Source: Tepidiformaceae bacterium (GTDB lineage Bacteria; Chloroflexota; Dehalococcoidia; Tepidiformales; Tepidiformaceae). Taken from it: DNA of 64,000 nucleotides. The notes below the pieces were generated by a model. The model ran no database searches and was not told where the DNA came from. It worked only from the letters and a program-made list of their open reading frames with translations. The stretch is taken from NCBI GenBank assembly GCA_965214395.1, contig CBDCBZ010000001.1, positions 152,171-216,170 on the forward strand, written 5' to 3'. Made by a program: the position numbers and the translations under genes. Below, piece by piece: positions 46,600 through 55,258 of this stretch (the stretch's first letter is position 1; each line of letters starts with the position of its first letter).

Positions 46600-47820
46600 A
46601 TGGCAGGCGATGTCAGAGGGTCCGATGCGGCGGACTTGGCCGCTGCGTTCGATGCGGGTGCGCTGGTTCGGCCTGGTGCCGCCAGGCCGAACCTTGTCGA
46701 TGTCGCTCGGGCGGTGGCTACCGCGAGCGGGGTCGGGGGGCTTGAGCTCTCGCCCTTCGCGGACGAGCTCGCCGCCTCGCTCGCAGACCGGGAGCACGTG
46801 GTGCTCATCCTCGCCGACGGGCTTGGCCTGGAGATGCTGGAGCGCGAGCCAGCCGCGGGAACGCTGCGCGAGCACCTGCGCGGCGAGATTCGCGCGGTCT
46901 TTCCCTCCTCGACGGCTGTGGCGCTGACCTCGCTTGCGACGGGCGAGTGGCCTGCTCGCCACGCCGTCACGGGCTGGTGGACGCACATTGAGCAGATCGG
47001 CGGCCCGGCCACGATCCTGCAGTACCGCCGCCTCGACGACGAATGTTCGCTGGCCGACTTCGGCGTCGCGCCCGAGGAGGCATTCCCCGTCCCGAGCCTC
47101 GTTCCGCAAGTGGGGCGTCGCTGCCACTTCCTGATGCCTCGCGAGATAGCCGGGAGCGTCTACTCGCGCTACTGGACCGGAGGCGCCGCAACGACCGGAT
47201 ACCAGTCGCTGACCGGGGCGCTCAACTCAATCGTGGAGGCTGTGACTGGCGCCGACGGGCCCACATTCACCTACGTATACATTCCGTACGTCGACAAGGA
47301 GGCGCATCAGGCCGGACCCGAGAGCGTCGGCGCCCGCGACGCCATCACCGCAATCGACCGCCTCGTCGCAGACCTCAAGGCCAGGCTGGGTGACTCCTCC
47401 AAGGTGGTCATCACCGCGGACCATGGGCACCTCGCCGTAGCCGACAGTGCACGCTTCATGATCAAGGAGGCCGATGGCATCCACGGGCTCCTCGCGAGCC
47501 CACCTGCGGGCGACACTCGTGTCGTGGAGTTCCACGTTCGTCCCGGCGAGCACGAGCGTTTCGAGGGAAGGTTTCGCGCGAACTTTGGGGAGCACTTCTT
47601 CCTGCTCACGACCGACGAGGTCGAAGACCTCGCGCTCCTCGGCCCCGAGCCGCTGGCGCCCGCGACAAGGCAGCGGCTCGGGGACTTCACAGCGATTTCG
47701 CGAGGCGCGAGCGTGCTGGGCTTCCACCCCTCGCTGGCCTCGCGGGAAGCGCTTCAACAGCGGTCGCACCACGCCGGGTTGACGCCTTCGGAGATGCTCG
47801 TGCCGCTCGTCGTCGCTTGA
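46600..47820 (+). CDS. alkaline-phosphatase superfamily protein (nucleotide pyrophosphatase/phosphodiesterase type)
   Basis: ..VVLILADGLGLEML.., FPSSTAVALTSLATGEWPARH and ..VVITADHGH.. are metal-ligand motifs of the AP/NPP superfamily. 406 aa. Confidence 0.75.
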   Translation: MAGDVRGSDAADLAAAFDAGALVRPGAARPNLVDVARAVATASGVGGLELSPFADELAASLADREHVVLILADGLGLEMLEREPAAGTLREHLRGEIRAVFPSSTAVALTSLATGEWPARHAVTGWWTHIEQIGGPATILQYRRLDDECSLADFGVAPEEAFPVPSLVPQVGRRCHFLMPREIAGSVYSRYWTGGAATTGYQSLTGALNSIVEAVTGADGPTFTYVYIPYVDKEAHQAGPESVGARDAITAIDRLVADLKARLGDSSKVVITADHGHLAVADSARFMIKEADGIHGLLASPPAGDTRVVEFHVRPGEHERFEGRFRANFGEHFFLLTTDEVEDLALLGPEPLAPATRQRLGDFTAISRGASVLGFHPSLASREALQQRSHHAGLTPSEMLVPLVVA

Positions 47821-48312
47821 GCGGCTTGCGCGGACCCACGTGCACGGCCCCTGGCCCCCACGTATCACCTTCGCGACCATCGCTGCCGCGGGATCGCTCC
47901 ACGCTGACACCGGGGACATCACGCCTCTATCACCTCACGGAGACGACCCGCCTTGCTATCAGCAACCTGCTCCTGCGCGCGCGAGCGGCGAAGGAGTGGG
48001 TCTCTCGTGGCGCCGCCGCCATCCGCCATACGACCCCGATGCCGGGGGATAGCGACAAGGTCGAGGGGCGACTCTCGGCGGCTGAGGCCGTCCGCGGGGG
48101 AACTCGCTTTCAGTGCCGACCGCCGTCGCGAGCCTTGTACAACCCGATGCCTCAAACCTATAGTGTCACTCGCTACATACTGAGCGCGCGCCCGGCTTCG
48201 CTTATCCCATCGGAGGATAGCGGCTCTCCGGCTGGCCCGGCGGGGCGCTCCTTCGCGCATCGGGAGGCGTTTTCATGGCACGCGACAACCCCACGGCCGC
48301 AGCAGGCCGGAC

Positions 48313-48717
48313 GTGAAGCGCTTGCTACGATCCGCGGCCGCAGTAGTGAGGCTCGCCGCCAGCAGGCGCTCTCCGGGAAGGGACCTCGCGTTGCTTACTG
48401 ACGCCCGGGCGGTCGAGTACCTCGCAAGGTCGCCACTGGCCGACGTCGGCCTGGAGATGGCCATTCGCGATGCCGATGCCCCCTTCGACCCAATGCAGAT
48501 CGGCCACGGCAAGGGCGTGCTCGCCGCCAGAAGGGCTGCCGCGCACGCGAGTTGGGCGCAGCGACAACTGGAGTGGGGCGAGGACTTCGACGGGGCCACC
48601 AGCAGCATGGCTTTGGCGAAGGAGGCGCTCGCCAACGCCATCGCGATCGCCGCGCTCCCTGAAACCGCCGCCGCTCTTCCTGGGACATGGCGGCCGCCGC
48701 GCGGGTACGTCCTGTGA
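48313..48717 (+). CDS. hypothetical protein
   Basis: 134-aa ORF whose stop lies 6 nt before ATG 48723 of the MpaB-like gene. Only the C-terminal two-thirds looks protein-like. Start uncertain. Confidence 0.25.
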   Translation: MKRLLRSAAAVVRLAASRRSPGRDLALLTDARAVEYLARSPLADVGLEMAIRDADAPFDPMQIGHGKGVLAARRAAAHASWAQRQLEWGEDFDGATSSMALAKEALANAIAIAALPETAAALPGTWRPPRGYVL

Positions 48718-48722
48718 ACGAC

Positions 48723-49879
48723 ATGCCAGCCGACTACCGGGCGGGCTACGAGCAGGCTCGGCGCGTCGATCAAGAGGCCGCGGATACCTATGTCGCCCAC
48801 ACCCTCATCGGCGATCCGATCATGGACGGGGTGGTGGAGGAGCTGGAGTCCCTGCCCGGGAATCAGGTCCACCAGTTCATTGAGGCGGGGATGGAGGAGG
48901 ATCGCGAGGGTCTGCGGGACGCGCCGCCACGGCTTCGTGAATTCTTCCTTGACGCACCACCGCCTGACCCGGACTGGCTTGATCACGAGGCTTTCGGGCC
49001 GGGGATACGGGCCTTCCAGCGGAACTCCGTCCGCATCCTCTCGGCCTTCGTCACCGGGGTGCTGGTAGACGGCTTCTCGACGCTGATCAGCAAGTCGTTC
49101 GTGCAGACCGGGCGCATCTTCGACAACGGCGTCTGGCGGCTCAAGCAGAACAACCGCCATCAGATGGAGATCTTCTGGCCCGGGGGGCTCGACCGGCAGG
49201 GTGACGGCTGGAAGCTGTCCGTCCGCATCCGCTTCGTCCATGCCCAGGTTCGACGGCTGCTGGCACAGACCACCGAATGGGAGCACGAGGCCTGGGGCGT
49301 GCCCCTCAGCGCCGCTCACATGGGCTATGCAGCCGCCTGTTTCGCCGCCCGCACCATCGAACACTCGGAGGCGCTGGGGGCCCGGTACAGCACGGAGGAG
49401 CGGGCCAGCTTTCACGATGTCTGGCGCTACGCCGGCCACCTGATGGGCATCCCCGAGAGCATCCTCTACACCGACGAGCGCGATGCCCTGCGCCTCTACC
49501 GGATCGGCACCCTGTGTGAACCGCCTCCCTCCATGGAGGCGATCATCATGTCGAATGCACTGATCAACTCCGCCCCCTGGTGGCCGGCATTGAGGATCCG
49601 GGAGCGCGCAGGGGCCTGGTGGAAAAAGTCATCTACCCGGTGTCCCGCGCCCTTGTCGGGAACGAACTCGCCGACCAGCTGAACTTCCCCGCGCAGCGAC
49701 TGCCGTTCCCGTTGTTCTGGTACAAGCTCGACCAGAACATTCGGGGGCTCAGGGCGCGCTTGGCCAGGGAAGGCCCCAACACGTTCGCGACCCTGCTCGT
49801 GGCATCGGCCTTCGACGAGGCCGGGCTGAGGTATGACCTTCCTGACCATGCGCACGACGAACGCTCCAGCAAGTGGTAA
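48723..49879 (+). pseudogene. MpaB/DUF2236-family oxygenase-like protein, split by a frameshift
   Basis: ORF 48687..49682 (..IRFVHAQVRRLL..) loses sense after ..LINSAP. ORF 49580..49879 continues plausibly (VAGIEDPGARRGLVEKVIYPVSRALVGNELADQL..). The switch coincides with the C5 run at 49573-49577. Confidence 0.65.
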
Positions 49880-50241
49880 CGCGGTCGCTCCGGGACCACC
49901 GGGGGCGCCAGGCGTCGCCAGTGAGCGCAACATCCGGCACCACTGTCCTCACGACTCCGTCGGGGGCTCTGGCTGAGGAGTATCCAACGTATGTGGAGTT
50001 CCTCCGCGCGACCGCCCGCGGTATCGCGGAGTGAGGCGGCGTGCTGGTGGGCCTAACTTGACGGTAGGCAGTACCACCTTCGAGGTGTTGTTCAGCCTGT
50101 AGCCGGGGCTCGAATGACGACGCGCCCACCGTCCTTGATTTCCACGTACAGGCTGTAGCCATCGAGCAGCCGCATGCCGACGAGCCCACAATCTCTCTAT
50201 CTCCGCCGGGCTGCACGGTTACAGGGAATCCTGGCCGGTGT

Positions 50242-52035
50242 TTGAATGCCATCCTCTTCGCCGTACTCGCTGTCGGCGTCACGACGGCGGCGGCCCAGTC
50301 GGCTCCGACCGTCCAGGACGAGCCACAGGTGGTCATCGGCTCGCTCCCTGGCGAGGTAACCGTCCACTGGAACGCCGTAGAGGACGCGAACTACTACCGG
50401 GTCGGCTGGGTTTCCAAAGCAGACCACGACGCCGCCGTGGAAGCCGGTGAAGATTGGCTGGCGGCGTTCACCTCGGTGGGCGTGGCCAACGGCGGCCAGA
50501 CATCGCACACCGTTTCGGGCCTTGCCCCGGGCGCGTCGTACTGGTTCATCGTCGGCGCCAGCGCCCAGCGCTATGGCGACCCCCGCTGGTCGCCTTGGTC
50601 CGGCCTCGTGACCCTGCCCGGCGGCCCCGCCGCCTGCGCTGGTGACCGCGACGCGCTCACGGCTCTCTACCACGCCACCGACGGCCCCAACTGGCGGATT
50701 GGCGTCAACTGGCTCAGCGAGAGCGCTCCCCTGAGCGAGTGGTTCGGGGTCTCCACCGACAGCGACGGCTGCGTGCTCGTGCTGTTCCTGGACGGCAACG
50801 ATCTGGCCGGCGAGATCCCCGCCCGCCTGGCCGGGCTCTCTAGGTTGCGCTCACTGCACCTGGGCAACAACGACCTGACCGGAAGCATCCCGCCGGAGTT
50901 GGCCGGACTGGACGACCTGCGCGTGCTCGACCTCAGGAACAACGAGCTCAGCGGCGAGATCCCGAGCGAGCTGGGCAGCATGGCCAGGCTCAGCGTTCTG
51001 GACCTCGACCTCAACGAACTGAGCGGCCCGATCCCGCTCGAGCTGGCCAGGCTCAGCGAGCTGCGCGTGCTGTCGGTGGACCGCAACATGCTGAGCGGCC
51101 CGATCCCGCCCGAGTTCGGCGCCATGACCAATCTCACCAATCTGGAGCTGTGGCAGAACGAACTGACCGGTACGATTCCGACCGAGCTGACCAACCTGGT
51201 CAACCTCAGGGTCCTCGACGTCGATGAGAATCAGTTGACCGGGACCATCCCCGTCGGACTGGGCAAGCTCACCAACCTGAGGTACTTGTGGCTCAGGCAG
51301 AACCAGTTCTCCGGCGAGATTCCGGTCGAGTTGAACAACCTCGCCAACCTGGTCGTCCTCGGATTGGACGGCAACCGCCTCACAGGCGAGATACCGGTGG
51401 GCTTTGGCAGCTTCGCCCGGCTGGAGTTCCTGTACCTCTACGACAACGATCTCACCGGGGAGATCCCGGCGGAGCTGGGAAACCTCTCGGAACTCAAGCT
51501 GCTCCACCTCTACGGCAACCGCCTGACCGGAGAAATACCGGCGGAGCTGGGTCGTCTGACCAACCTGGAGTTCCTGCATCTCAACCGAAACCACCTCGTC
51601 GGGGAAATACCGCCAGAGCTGGGAAGCCTTCCCAACCTCGAGGAACTGATTCTTCGCCAGAACATGCTGACCGGTGCGATCCCGCCCGAACTGGGGAGCC
51701 TGCCGGAGCTGACGTACCTCAGCCTGAACCGCAACCTCTTGAGCGGGGAGATTCCGCCCGAGCTGGGCAACCTGGCCAAGCTCGAGCACCTGCAGCTCCA
51801 CAACAACCTGCTGAGCGGCCAGATCCCCGTCGCACTGGCGAAGCTCACCGCGCTGGAGCACCTTCGCCTCGACAACAATCAACTGAGCGGCTCAATCCCC
51901 GCCGAATTGCTCGACCTGCCTGACCTGGCCCTGCTGTACCTCTCGGCCAACGAGCTGACGGGGTGCATCCCGGCCGGGTTGCTCGATGTGGCGGGTCACG
52001 ACCTGGACGAGCTTGCCCTGGAGACCTGTCAGTAG
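50242..52035 (+). CDS. secreted Fn3 + plant-specific-type leucine-rich repeat protein
   Basis: Signal peptide (AVLAVGVTTAAAQS), an Fn3-like domain, an LRRNT-like cap (ALTALYHATDGPNW..W..PLSEWFGVS), 17 uninterrupted 24-aa LRRs with consensus LxxLxLxxNxL(T/S)GxIPxELGxLx, and a Cys-containing C-cap. TTG start at 50242 is uncertain. Confidence 0.85.
   Translation: MNAILFAVLAVGVTTAAAQSAPTVQDEPQVVIGSLPGEVTVHWNAVEDANYYRVGWVSKADHDAAVEAGEDWLAAFTSVGVANGGQTSHTVSGLAPGASYWFIVGASAQRYGDPRWSPWSGLVTLPGGPAACAGDRDALTALYHATDGPNWRIGVNWLSESAPLSEWFGVSTDSDGCVLVLFLDGNDLAGEIPARLAGLSRLRSLHLGNNDLTGSIPPELAGLDDLRVLDLRNNELSGEIPSELGSMARLSVLDLDLNELSGPIPLELARLSELRVLSVDRNMLSGPIPPEFGAMTNLTNLELWQNELTGTIPTELTNLVNLRVLDVDENQLTGTIPVGLGKLTNLRYLWLRQNQFSGEIPVELNNLANLVVLGLDGNRLTGEIPVGFGSFARLEFLYLYDNDLTGEIPAELGNLSELKLLHLYGNRLTGEIPAELGRLTNLEFLHLNRNHLVGEIPPELGSLPNLEELILRQNMLTGAIPPELGSLPELTYLSLNRNLLSGEIPPELGNLAKLEHLQLHNNLLSGQIPVALAKLTALEHLRLDNNQLSGSIPAELLDLPDLALLYLSANELTGCIPAGLLDVAGHDLDELALETCQ
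50770..51993 (+). repeat. 17 x 72-nt coding tandem repeat (24-aa LRR units)
   Basis: There are no indels between units from CVLVLFLDGNDLAGEIPARLAGLS to DLALLYLSANELTGCIPAGLLDVA. Confidence 0.9.
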
Positions 52036-52386
52036 TCTCCGGGTAGCGTCCCGGGAGGAGAGGTGGACGTAGGAGACCACCGCACAATGATTCATACAGG
52101 AATCGATCACGTGAAGGAGGACTACGGTGGTCAGGAAGAGCGCGGACTTGTTGGAACTGCTGCGCAAGCAGGCGGACCGAGCCTCTACCGGGCCGCTCCC
52201 GCGAGCGCACCCTCCTGTTCCCGCTCCTGCGCCCACTCGAAGATGGCCGACCTGACGATGCAGCGGGTGCAGCTGGCACATCGGTTGCTGGCCCCGGGCC
52301 CTGAGGCTGAACCTTGCGGCCTACCCTCGAGCGGCGATGGTCATGAACGAGCGAGGGGCATGATGGACCTGGAAGCGTAGCAGAGC

Positions 52387-53622
52387 ATGCAGGGCAGCTG
52401 GCGTATCCCCGGTGGCTCGATGCGGGTCGTGTTGCTGGTTGTGATCGCCGTCGTCGCCGCGACCCTCGCGGCCTGCGGTGACGAAGAGCGGGCGCCCCTC
52501 AAGATCGGCGCGCTGATCGTGAACAGTGAGACGCAAACGGAGGGGGCCCTCGACCGGCTGCGCTCCTTCAAACTGGCCATCAAGCACGTCAACGAGGCGG
52601 GCGGAGTCTTCGGCCAGCCGGTGGAAGTCGCGGAAGGGGACACACTCAACCCCGCAGAGGAGGCGCGGCGCCTGATTGAGGATGAGGGTGTGCACGCCAT
52701 CGTCGGACCCAACTCCAGCGCTCACGCGCTCCTGGTGATGGAGGTCGCGGCGCCGACGGGGGTGCTGGTGATCAGTTCTTCGGCCTCCTCCCCGCTACTT
52801 ACCGCCAACGACGATCGCGACCTCTTCTTCCGCACGGTCCTCTCCGACTCCGCCCAGGGGCCGGCGCTGGCGCTGCTCACGCGCGAACGGGGCTTCGAGA
52901 ACGTGGGTGTCATCTATCGGGATGACGCCTGGGGCCAGGGTCTGGTGGAGGCCTTCCGGGAGGCGTGGACAGGCGGCATCATGGTCGTGAAATCCCCGGT
53001 CGAGCTTCGCGCGAGCTACCTCGACCTCATCGAGGAGAGCGCGCGCGACGGAGCCCAGGCCCTCGTCCTGCTCACCTTCGGGACCGAGGCCGAGATCATC
53101 CTCCAGGAGGCGCTCGACAGCGGCCTCTACGATCAGTTCCTCTTCGGCGACGCGCTCAGGCAGGCCGACCTCGCGGAGGCCGTGGGCGGGGGAAGGCTGG
53201 CCGGTATGTACGGCACGGTCAGCGGCCCGTCCCATGAGAACGCACCCACCCTCATATGGGACAAGGCGTTCCACGACGAGTACGGGAGGGGCACGGAGGC
53301 CACCTACGTGAAGGAGACCTACGACGCCGCCATCGCCATCGCTCTCGCAGCGGAGGCGGCGGGCGACGCCGAGGGATCGGCCATTCGCGACGCGCTTCGG
53401 GGCATCGGCTCGGCGCCGGGCGAACAGGTTCTGCCCGGCGTGGAGGGCATCGCCCGCGCCCTGAGCATCATCCGGGACGGCGGAGAGGTGGACTACGAAG
53501 GGGGCTCTGTCTCCATGGACTGGGACGAGTACGGCGACCTTCGGCGAGGCTACATCGGCATCTGGCGGTTCACCGCCGACGGCGACATCGAGGACGTAGA
53601 CGTCATCGCCTACGAGCGCTGA
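52387..53622 (+). CDS. ABC substrate-binding lipoprotein, LivJ/branched-chain amino acid type (PBP type 1)
   Basis: Lipobox TLAACGD, then ..LKIGALI......G......A..LA..HVN.AGGV.G.PVE....D.. and ..VHAIVGP.SS.. The start is ATG 52387 or 52420. Confidence 0.8.
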   Translation: MQGSWRIPGGSMRVVLLVVIAVVAATLAACGDEERAPLKIGALIVNSETQTEGALDRLRSFKLAIKHVNEAGGVFGQPVEVAEGDTLNPAEEARRLIEDEGVHAIVGPNSSAHALLVMEVAAPTGVLVISSSASSPLLTANDDRDLFFRTVLSDSAQGPALALLTRERGFENVGVIYRDDAWGQGLVEAFREAWTGGIMVVKSPVELRASYLDLIEESARDGAQALVLLTFGTEAEIILQEALDSGLYDQFLFGDALRQADLAEAVGGGRLAGMYGTVSGPSHENAPTLIWDKAFHDEYGRGTEATYVKETYDAAIAIALAAEAAGDAEGSAIRDALRGIGSAPGEQVLPGVEGIARALSIIRDGGEVDYEGGSVSMDWDEYGDLRRGYIGIWRFTADGDIEDVDVIAYER

Positions 53623-53665
53623 GCCGAAGCGGAAGTAATCGACGACCGGAGTCTGATAATGGGGA

Positions 53666-53707
53666 GATCAGATGCCTGAGTGCCGCGCGGCACTCAGGCA
53701 TCTGATC
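53666..53707. terminator. perfect 42-nt palindrome (21-nt arms), hairpin after the binding-protein gene
   Basis: GATCAGATGCCTGAGTGCCGC|GCGGCACTCAGGCATCTGATC, 44 nt after the stop at 53622. There is no U-tract on either side. Confidence 0.5.
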
Positions 53708-53862
53708 CTCAACTGAAGGGGATTCTAACCCTCAGTTAACGCGCGAGGGGGCCGCGCCCGCCCGCCGCGCGGGCCATGTCGGCGTACTCGCTCTCGGGGT
53801 CGATCACATAGGCGACGACGCCCCGGCAGAGGCCGCGCAGCACCCCTAGCTGTACTATCACC

Positions 53863-55071
53863 GTGGCGGAAGTCACGGGATGGCGCGACGCCCTCGATCC
53901 GGCCAGGGCCGCGGCGGGGATCAAGCGCTGGAATCGCGTGCTCGAGGCGCTCGGTGACGACACAGGTACGGGCCTCGCAGCGATGCCCCCCGAGCTGGCG
54001 CAAGAGGTCGCCGACTGGCTTGGGAACACGCGCTGGGATCGCACGGCCCGCACGCTCGAGGCACACACCCAGTGCGACGACCCGCCGCCAACGCCCGAGA
54101 TCAGCATCGCCGCTGGGAGCGGTGTCACCGAGGGCAGCGCCGCCACGTTCACCATCACCGCGTCCCCGACGCCCACGGCCAACCTCGACGTGACGATCGA
54201 GGTGACGCAGAGCGGCGACTACGCCTCGACAGGCTCGCGCACGGTGAGGATCCCCACCTCCGGTACCTACACGCTCACCCTTGCCACCACCAACGACAGC
54301 GCCGACGAGCCCGACGGCTCGGTGACCGCGACGATCGACACGGGGACGGGCTACACCGTCTCGTCCTCGAACGGCGCCGCGACGGTGGCCGTGGCTGACG
54401 ACGACGTGCCGGAGATCAGCAACGCCGCAGGCAGCGGCGTCACCGAGGGCTCAGACGCGACGTTCACCCTGACTGCCACGCCCACGCCCGCCGCCGACCT
54501 CGACGTGACTGTGACCGTCTCCCAGAGCGGGAACTTCGCTCAGACGGGTTCGCGCACGGTGACGATCTCCACCACCGGCAGCGTCACCTTCACCGTCGCC
54601 ACCACCAACGACAGCGCCGACGAGCCCGACGGCTCGGTGACCGCGACGATCGACACGGGCGCCGGCTACACCATCTCGTCCTCGAACGGCGCCGCCACCG
54701 TCGCCGTGGCCGACGACGATCCAACACGGTCGAGCGCTCCGCCGACGGTGAGCGTGGCCGATGCGTCAGGCAGCGAGGGCTCGGAGGGCCTGCGCTTCGT
54801 GGTCACGCTCTCGCATGCGCATTCGCAGGCCATCACCTTCCGCTACGGCGGGTTCGGCAGAACGGCCGCTTCGGGCCAGGACTTCACCCTCGAGTACAAG
54901 GCGTTCACCCTCGCTGCTGGCGGTACGCAACTCGACATCGTCGTACCCATCGTCGATGACAGCACCGTCGAGGGGGATGAGACGGTCACCGTGTACGTGT
55001 ACGCGCCGAGCGGCATCACCATCCCTGGCTACTTCGTCTACGCCGACGGCACCATCATCGACGACGACTGA
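53863..55071 (+). CDS. Calx-beta-type repeat protein without recognisable signal peptide
   Basis: Two 105-aa repeats (EIS.AAGSGVTEGS.ATFT.TA.PTP.A.LDVT..V.QSG......GSRTV......T....ATTNDSADEPDGSVTATIDTG.GYT.SSSNGAATVAVADDD) plus a C-terminal Calx-beta domain (..GQDFT..IVDDSTVEGDETVTV..). GTG start. The N-terminal 75 aa are hydrophilic. Confidence 0.7.
   Translation: MAEVTGWRDALDPARAAAGIKRWNRVLEALGDDTGTGLAAMPPELAQEVADWLGNTRWDRTARTLEAHTQCDDPPPTPEISIAAGSGVTEGSAATFTITASPTPTANLDVTIEVTQSGDYASTGSRTVRIPTSGTYTLTLATTNDSADEPDGSVTATIDTGTGYTVSSSNGAATVAVADDDVPEISNAAGSGVTEGSDATFTLTATPTPAADLDVTVTVSQSGNFAQTGSRTVTISTTGSVTFTVATTNDSADEPDGSVTATIDTGAGYTISSSNGAATVAVADDDPTRSSAPPTVSVADASGSEGSEGLRFVVTLSHAHSQAITFRYGGFGRTAASGQDFTLEYKAFTLAAGGTQLDIVVPIVDDSTVEGDETVTVYVYAPSGITIPGYFVYADGTIIDDD
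54097..54717 (+). repeat. 2 x 315-nt coding tandem repeat
   Basis: The units start at 54097 and 54412. Long stretches are identical at DNA level (e.g. accaccaacgacagcgccgacgagcccgacggctcggtgaccgcgacgatcgacacggg). Confidence 0.85.
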
Positions 55072-55258
55072 CCACCGCCCCCACCCTCGGCCGTCCCTCG
55101 TCGCGATCGAGGCCCGTCCACCCGGGCCGGCGCCGCTCGACGGTGACCGGGGGCCATCGCCGAGGGCCACCATCGCCGCGACTGGACGGCGGCCCGAAAC
55201 ATCGACGCGGCGTGCACGGGCAGCCGTGGGCCGCGCTGCCTACTCCAACCAGCCGCCC

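Noticed and set aside
47817-48401. 194-aa plus-strand ORF and overlapping minus-strand ORFs in the 47821-48312 gap
   Set aside because: Ser/Arg/Pro-rich with no motifs, RBS or convincing codon bias. The ~490-nt region stays unassigned and could be a decayed gene or non-coding.
49880-50241. Lower-GC gap with two tiny ORFs (plus 37 aa ..AEEYPTYVEFLRATARGIAE; minus ~27 aa MRLLDGYSLYVEIKDGGRVVIRAPATG), possibly a decayed toxin-antitoxin
   Set aside because: The fragments are too short for any family assignment, and no intact partner genes are present.
52127-52255. 42-aa ORF (VVRKSADLLELLRKQADRAS..) with a strong AAGGAGG RBS 6 nt upstream of GTG
   Set aside because: No family was recognised, and the C-terminal half is Pro/Ala/Arg-rich like random high-GC frames. 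It is too short to support, though it may deserve a ribosome-profiling check.
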